A stretch of DNA of 64,000 nt, from contig NZ_JAEMRD010000001.1 in assembly GCF_016463485.1 (NCBI RefSeq), positions 29,560 through 93,559 of the forward strand, given 5' to 3'. Position numbers and translations under genes: made by a program. Positions 59,057-64,000 of the stretch are shown in pieces. Under the pieces are notes generated by a model that was given only the letters and a program-made list of their open reading frames with translations, had not been told where the DNA came from and did no database searches. Positions within the stretch are counted from its first letter, which is position 1. Each line of letters begins with the position of its first letter. Source of the DNA: Brevundimonas sp. (GTDB taxonomy: Bacteria; Pseudomonadota; Alphaproteobacteria; Caulobacterales; Caulobacteraceae).

Positions 59057-59265
59057 GGTTGATCCTCGTGCATCGGTCAAAGAACGACCTCGACGTGCCC
59101 AGCGCGCGGCGAGTGCAGTCGCTTGGGGTGAACTAGCAGGCATTGGGACACTGGCGGCAAACGCCCCGGCGATACTGAACGCCGCGATGGCCCGGTTGTT
59201 TGACAGCTCTTCTTTCGGGCCACTACGCCTCGCCATCCGATGAACCAAGGGCTCGAAGTTTGACC

Positions 59266-60453
59266 ATGAAATCCATCGCGATCGTCGGCGCATCACTTGC
59301 CGGATTGAATGCCGCGGAGACCCTGCGACGGGAGGGTTTTGCCGGGCGGTTGGTCATCTTCGGCGATGAACCGTACTTTCCCTACGACCGGCCACCTCTC
59401 TCAAAGGAGATCGCGCGCGGAGACTGGCCGCCGGAAAAGACCGCGCTTCCGATTGACGCCTTGCTGGACGATGCGGAATGGAAACTGGGCTGTGCTGTGA
59501 CCGGACTTGACGCGGCATCGCGCACCCTGACCTACGGTGAGGGTCAATCGGAGTCGTTCGACGGCATCGTCATCGCGACAGGCGCCTCGCCACGGCGGCT
59601 TCCCGGGACCGACATCAAGGGTGTGCATGTGGTGCGAACCCTGGATGACGCCATCGCCTTGCGAGACGACCTGGCGCGACCTGGCTGTCGTGTCGTCGTG
59701 GTTGGTGCCGGTTTCGTAGGCCAGGAGGCAGCGGCCTCGGCGCGTAAGCTGGAACTTTCGGTGACCATGATCGAGGCGGTTGCTCCGGCGGCGCATGTCC
59801 TGGGCGCGGAAATCGGGGTCATAATCGGCGACATGCACCGTCGCCATGGTGTCGATGTGCGCCTGGGGGTTGCTGCGGCGGCCTTTGAGGGCGTCGAGCG
59901 GCTGGAGCACGTCCACCTCAGCGACGGGTCTGTCGTCGCGGCGGACGTCGCCATTCTTGGCATCGGGGTCACGCCTAACACGGGTTGGCTGGAGGGCTCA
60001 GGACTGACGATCGATAATGGCGTGGTTTGCGATGAAACCTGTCTCGCCGCGCCAGGGATCGTTGCGGCCGGGGATATCGCGCGTTGGCCGAACCGCCGCT
60101 ATGGCGAGCTTCGCAGGGTCGAGCACTGGGACAATGCCGTTCGTCAGGCGGAGCACGCAGCGAAACGTCTCTTGGCTGACGGGGGCGGTCTCAATCCCGG
60201 GCCCTACATGCCTGTGCCCTGGTTCTGGTCGGATCAGTACGGCCTGAAAATGCAACTGGTCGGCTCGCCCGTGGCCCACGATGAAGTCCGGATCGTGTTC
60301 GGTTCGGGCGAAGAGGAGAGGTTCGTCGCGCTGTATCGACGCGGCGACCGGCTCGTTGCGGCCTTGGGGCTGGCAGCCACGGGCAAGCTGCTCAAATTCC
60401 GGCGCATGCTGGAGAACGATCCCTCGTGGGAAGAGGCCCTGGCGGCGGTGTAA
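59266..60453 (+). CDS. FAD-dependent ferredoxin-NAD(P)+ reductase
   Basis: Trimmed to the ATG at 59266. IAIVGASLAGLNAA, VVVVGAGFVGQE, WFWSDQYG. Paralog of the gene at 809..2041. Confidence 0.9.
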   Translation: MKSIAIVGASLAGLNAAETLRREGFAGRLVIFGDEPYFPYDRPPLSKEIARGDWPPEKTALPIDALLDDAEWKLGCAVTGLDAASRTLTYGEGQSESFDGIVIATGASPRRLPGTDIKGVHVVRTLDDAIALRDDLARPGCRVVVVGAGFVGQEAAASARKLELSVTMIEAVAPAAHVLGAEIGVIIGDMHRRHGVDVRLGVAAAAFEGVERLEHVHLSDGSVVAADVAILGIGVTPNTGWLEGSGLTIDNGVVCDETCLAAPGIVAAGDIARWPNRRYGELRRVEHWDNAVRQAEHAAKRLLADGGGLNPGPYMPVPWFWSDQYGLKMQLVGSPVAHDEVRIVFGSGEEERFVALYRRGDRLVAALGLAATGKLLKFRRMLENDPSWEEALAAV

Positions 60454-60466
60454 ACAGGCGAGGCGC

Positions 60467-61639
60467 TCAAACCTCGATCAGCACCGCCCCGGCCTGACCG
60501 CCGCCGGCGCACATGGCGGCGACCCCCAGCCCACCCCCACGACGCGTCAATTCGTTGGCCAGGGTCGTGAGCATCCGTCCGCCGGAGGCGGAGATCGGGT
60601 GTCCGATCGAGCACCCGCTTCCCGAGACGTTCACCGTCTCCTCGTCAAGGTTCATCGTGCGACAGGCCGCGAGCGGTACGGCAGCGAAGGCTTCGTTGAT
60701 TTCCCATAGCCGGATGTCTCCGGTAGAGAGACCGGCGCGCGTCAACAGCTTGCGCGTAACATCAGGGACCGAAACGCCCGTGCGGGCAGGGTCGATCCCG
60801 ATCGACGTCCAGCCGCGAATCGTCGCCAGAATTTCCCGACCCTCGGCGCGCGCGATCTCGTCGCTGGTAACGACCATGGCGGCGGCGGCGTCGTTGAGAC
60901 CGCTCGAATTGCCCGCGGTGATCGAAAAGCCCTCGATCTCGGGGTGAAGCACGGCCAGCGAGGCCAACTTTTCGAGGGAGCCGCCGCGCCGCGGATGCTC
61001 GTCCACCTTGAACTCGACCTCCTGGCCCTCAGCGTTCCGGACGCGGACGGGGACGATCTCGTCCAGGAACCGACCCTCATCGATCGCTGCGATGGCGCGG
61101 GCGTGAGACCGGAAAGCCCAGGCGTCCATCTCCTCTCGCGTGAGGCCCACTTCCTTGGCGGCGTTCCATCCCACCGTAATGGACATGTCGCGATTGGGCG
61201 CCTCAGCGCTGTCGGGATGGGTCGGCGGAATCCACCAGTCATTCCATTCCCCCGTGACAGGGTCACGTTGCTGCATACGCGGCGACATGGACATGGCGTT
61301 GACCCCGCCCGCCACGATGATCCGTTCCATACCCGCCAGAATCGCGCCAGCAGCCACGCCCACGGCGCTGAGGCCACCCGCACAGTGGCGGTTTACGGCC
61401 ATGCCGGCAGCCTGGAACATGCCCAGCTCCACGGCCGCATGCCGCGCGACGGCTCCACCGCCGGCCATCGACTCGGCGAGAACGACATCATCGACATCCT
61501 TGGGGTCGAAGCCAGACCGTTCGACCGCTGCGCGGACGACGATCGCGGCGAGCGCTTCCGCCGACGTGCTGGCGAGCGAACCCTTGCGGGCGGTTCCAAC
61601 GGCGGTGCGGACCGCACTCACAATCACGGCGGACGACAT
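60467..61639 (-). CDS. Acetyl-CoA C-acyltransferase (classical thiolase)
   Basis: 390 aa. VNRHCAGGLSA (nucleophile Cys), GCSIGHPISASG, and C-terminal MCAGGGQAGAVLIE. Confidence 0.95.
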   Translation of the reverse strand: MSSAVIVSAVRTAVGTARKGSLASTSAEALAAIVVRAAVERSGFDPKDVDDVVLAESMAGGGAVARHAAVELGMFQAAGMAVNRHCAGGLSAVGVAAGAILAGMERIIVAGGVNAMSMSPRMQQRDPVTGEWNDWWIPPTHPDSAEAPNRDMSITVGWNAAKEVGLTREEMDAWAFRSHARAIAAIDEGRFLDEIVPVRVRNAEGQEVEFKVDEHPRRGGSLEKLASLAVLHPEIEGFSITAGNSSGLNDAAAAMVVTSDEIARAEGREILATIRGWTSIGIDPARTGVSVPDVTRKLLTRAGLSTGDIRLWEINEAFAAVPLAACRTMNLDEETVNVSGSGCSIGHPISASGGRMLTTLANELTRRGGGLGVAAMCAGGGQAGAVLIEV

Positions 61640-61867
61640 TTCACGCTCTCCAGATGGACGCCGTTGTCATGCACGACGCGCTCAACCAGATAACCGCTCG
61701 GCAGGGCAGCGCGAGAGTGTTGACCTCAGTCATCGCCGGGGCGGTTGCGACGTGGCCCGTAACACCACACGGGCGATATCTCGGGCGGTTGCAGTCTCTC
61801 CGGATTGCGTGCCGATCTGCAGTGCGTAAAGCCAGCCCGACGCTGCCTAATGACAGGAGTGGGGGAC

Positions 61868-62659
61868 ATGACCCTCTACACGACGCTCCATCTTCACAAT
61901 GTTCCCGAGGACAAGACCGGAGCCTATGCAGATTGGTTCGATGGTCCGCACCGTGACGCCCTGGGGCGGTTGAAGGGCTTTGCCGGGGCAGATCGCTATG
62001 AAGTCACTGAGGCCCAGATCATGCCTGATGCCGTTCAGTGCTGGCGATATCTGAGTGTCTATGATTTCGAGGTCAGTGACCCGAAGCTCCAGATTCCCGC
62101 GCTCGGTCCATTGCTCGCGGAGGCTCGCGACGCCGGACTGGTCTCAGCAGATGGCGCGGAGCGACTTCACACATTCCAACTGTTCGGCGACTGGAAAATC
62201 GGCCCGAACTGGCAGCGCGACAAGCCTTTGTCGGGCGTCAGCATCATCCTGGGCAACTATGTTCCTGGACGATTCGACGAATACCAGACCTGGTATGAGA
62301 ACGTGCACAGCGTCGAGGTGATCAATGTACCGGGCCATGTCGGCATGAAGCGCGGCGTCCTGTCTGATATTCAGGTCGAGCCGCGCAGCTACTGTCCCGG
62401 CGACCAGCTCGTGATGACGGCTCAGCAGACCGACGATCTGATTTTCACCGTCACCGACTTCGGCATGCGCGCGTTGGGTAAATCCCCCAGCGGCGTCGCC
62501 ATGGAGCCGCGCTCAAAAGCCGGCTCGGTCGCGCGGACGGTTCACTATTTTAGAAAGATCAGCGGCACGGAGTTCTGGCCCGGAGGCGTGGCCTATGCCG
62601 GCGATCTCTCCGTCTACCCGGAGGCAACGCGCGGGCAGTCGGCATCGCCGTGGCGATAG
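61868..62659 (+). CDS. Two-domain EthD/dimeric alpha-beta-barrel-like protein (conserved hypothetical)
   Basis: Trimmed to the ATG at 61868, after AGGAG. Two copies of the family motif: GAYADWFDGPH...GFAGADRY and GRFDEYQTWYENVH...PGHVGMKRG. Confidence 0.55.
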   Translation: MTLYTTLHLHNVPEDKTGAYADWFDGPHRDALGRLKGFAGADRYEVTEAQIMPDAVQCWRYLSVYDFEVSDPKLQIPALGPLLAEARDAGLVSADGAERLHTFQLFGDWKIGPNWQRDKPLSGVSIILGNYVPGRFDEYQTWYENVHSVEVINVPGHVGMKRGVLSDIQVEPRSYCPGDQLVMTAQQTDDLIFTVTDFGMRALGKSPSGVAMEPRSKAGSVARTVHYFRKISGTEFWPGGVAYAGDLSVYPEATRGQSASPWR

Positions 62660-62732
62660 CGGATGGGTGTCGCGCGCACGGCTATCCGCGTCGTGGCAGG
62701 ATCGAACGACAGGCAAGGATGCAGGAGCAGAC

Positions 62733-63473
62733 ATGACGGGGAAGGTTATCGTGATAACGGGCGCCAACGGCGGCCTGGGGCGGGCTCTGGCGCAACGATT
62801 TGCCGACGACGGCGAGACAGTCTTCATGCTGGCGCGGTCGCTCGAAAAGGTCAGCGAAGTCGCCAGAGACGTTGGAGGCAAAACGCTTCCGATCGCCTGT
62901 GATGTCACCTCTCCGGATTCTGTGCGCGCAGCCTTTGCCGAGATCGCGCGATCGCACCCTAAGCTCGACGTCCTCATCAACAATGCCGCGATCTTCAATC
63001 CTTTCCTGATCGAGGAGGCCACGGACGACCAGATCATGGGAGCGGTTCTGACAAATTTCGCAGGCCCGGTGCTCTGTTGCCGGTCTGCCATCCCCATGCT
63101 GGATCGCGGTGGTCAGATCATCAATCTGAGCTCGGAATCCGTCGAGCATCCCGTCCCGCATCTGCTGATGTACCAGTCCACGAAGTCCGCGATCGAGCGA
63201 TTCAGCAAGGATCTGCACAGCGAACTCGAAGACCGAAATATCCGTGTGAGCATCGTGCGTGCCGGCGCGATGGTTGGACCAGGCAGTTCCGCGACCATGG
63301 AGCCCGAGGCTGCGATGCGTTTCCTGACCGCAGCCGCCAAGAAGGGCATCGACTTCATGACCCGACCGGTTTCGCAATACGCCTCCACGGTTCACCTTTT
63401 CCGGACGATCGTCGACCTTCCGGCGGACCTCCACATTGGCCTCATGGCCTATCAGGCTCGCCCGGCCGACTGA
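62733..63473 (+). CDS. Short-chain dehydrogenase/reductase (SDR)
   Basis: Trimmed to the ATG at 62733, after AGGAG. ITGANGGLGRA, NNAA, YQSTKSAI. Confidence 0.85.
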   Translation: MTGKVIVITGANGGLGRALAQRFADDGETVFMLARSLEKVSEVARDVGGKTLPIACDVTSPDSVRAAFAEIARSHPKLDVLINNAAIFNPFLIEEATDDQIMGAVLTNFAGPVLCCRSAIPMLDRGGQIINLSSESVEHPVPHLLMYQSTKSAIERFSKDLHSELEDRNIRVSIVRAGAMVGPGSSATMEPEAAMRFLTAAAKKGIDFMTRPVSQYASTVHLFRTIVDLPADLHIGLMAYQARPAD

Positions 63474-63516
63474 CCCCATTCGACCCGGCGCAAACACACA
63501 GGATTGAGGATCAGGC

Positions 63517-64000
63517 GATGACGACGTTCACTGAAGGCAAGCTCTACATCGACGGCCGGCTGAGGGACGCAGCGGGCGGTGCGACCTATGAGGACATCGA
63601 TCCCTGGACCGGACAGGTGTTCGGGCATGCTGCTGACGCCTCGGCCGAGGACATGGAAGAAGCGATCGCTGCTGCGCGTCGGGCCTTTGACGACACCGAT
63701 TGGTCGACGAACCACGCCCTGCGTCGCGAGATGGTCGTCAAACTGGGCGAGCGACTGCAGGCCAATCGGGACAGGCTCGTTCCGATCGCGCAGCACGAGC
63801 TGGGGTCAGCCCTGGGCGCGGCCCTGGGACCGCAGGTCGATGGGCCGCTCTCCTACTGGAATGAGCTCATCACGATGTTCGATGCCTTCGAGTGGGAGAA
63901 GAGCATGGGCCAGCGGGTCAGCTACGGGGTCACCAACGACCGCATCGTGGTGCGAGAGCCGGTCGGTGTCGTCGGCGCGATCACGCCCTGGAACGTGCCC
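63517..64000 (+). CDS. Aldehyde dehydrogenase (N-terminal part; continues beyond the window)
   Basis: Absent from the ORF track because the frame is open at the edge. ATG at 63517 after GAGGA. MTTFTEGKLYIDGRL ... EPVGVVGAITPWNVP is the ALDH N-terminal signature. Confidence 0.85.

Overview
GC-rich bacterial chromosomal segment, probably alphaproteobacterial judging by codon style and a TTGACG-type promoter (a guess). It is almost entirely coding and consists of catabolic operons for a lipophilic substrate. I saw no rRNA, tRNA, CRISPR array, transposase, integrase, phage gene or recognisable defence system. Supported content: 2 cytochrome P450s with 3 ferredoxins (one 2Fe-2S, two small CxxNxxC...CP type) and 2 ferredoxin reductases; 2 HAPMO-like Baeyer-Villiger monooxygenases (BVMOs); 5 acyl-CoA dehydrogenases, including two large/small pairs; 3 crotonase-type enoyl-CoA hydratases plus one duplicated fragment; 2 AMP-forming and 1 ADP-forming acyl-CoA synthetases; 2 DUF35 + SCP2-thiolase-like pairs; 1 classical thiolase; 7 SDRs; GMC, FAD-linked and Gfo/Idh/MocA oxidoreductases; 2 HSL-type esterases; an SGNH hydrolase; an SMP-30 lactonase; a thioesterase-like protein; an APH-family kinase; a TPP-dependent E1 alpha/beta pair with a stand-alone lipoyl protein; an orphan E2 catalytic domain; 2 MFS transporters; 2 TetR and 1 IclR regulators; a partial aldehyde dehydrogenase. 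The inferred logic is hydroxylation, then alcohol/ketone oxidation, Baeyer-Villiger oxygenation, ester/lactone hydrolysis, CoA activation and modified beta-oxidation. The substrate cannot be named from sequence. Observations most worth follow-up: (1) a perfect 560-bp tandem duplication at 12317-13436; (2) a tightly coupled nine-gene minus-strand operon (44525 to 34371) with two N-terminally extended BVMOs and an ADP-forming CoA ligase; (3) an ACAD/ligase/DUF35/thiolase/APH-kinase/SDR operon that could handle 4-hydroxyacyl-CoAs; (4) an E2 split between a lipoyl protein next to E1 and a catalytic domain about 47 kb away; (5) a thiolase-like protein lacking the nucleophilic Cys; (6) a recurring EthD-like small-protein family. 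Many long ORFs in the supplied track are antisense shadow ORFs or upstream run-ons typical of high-GC DNA, and I trimmed or rejected them.
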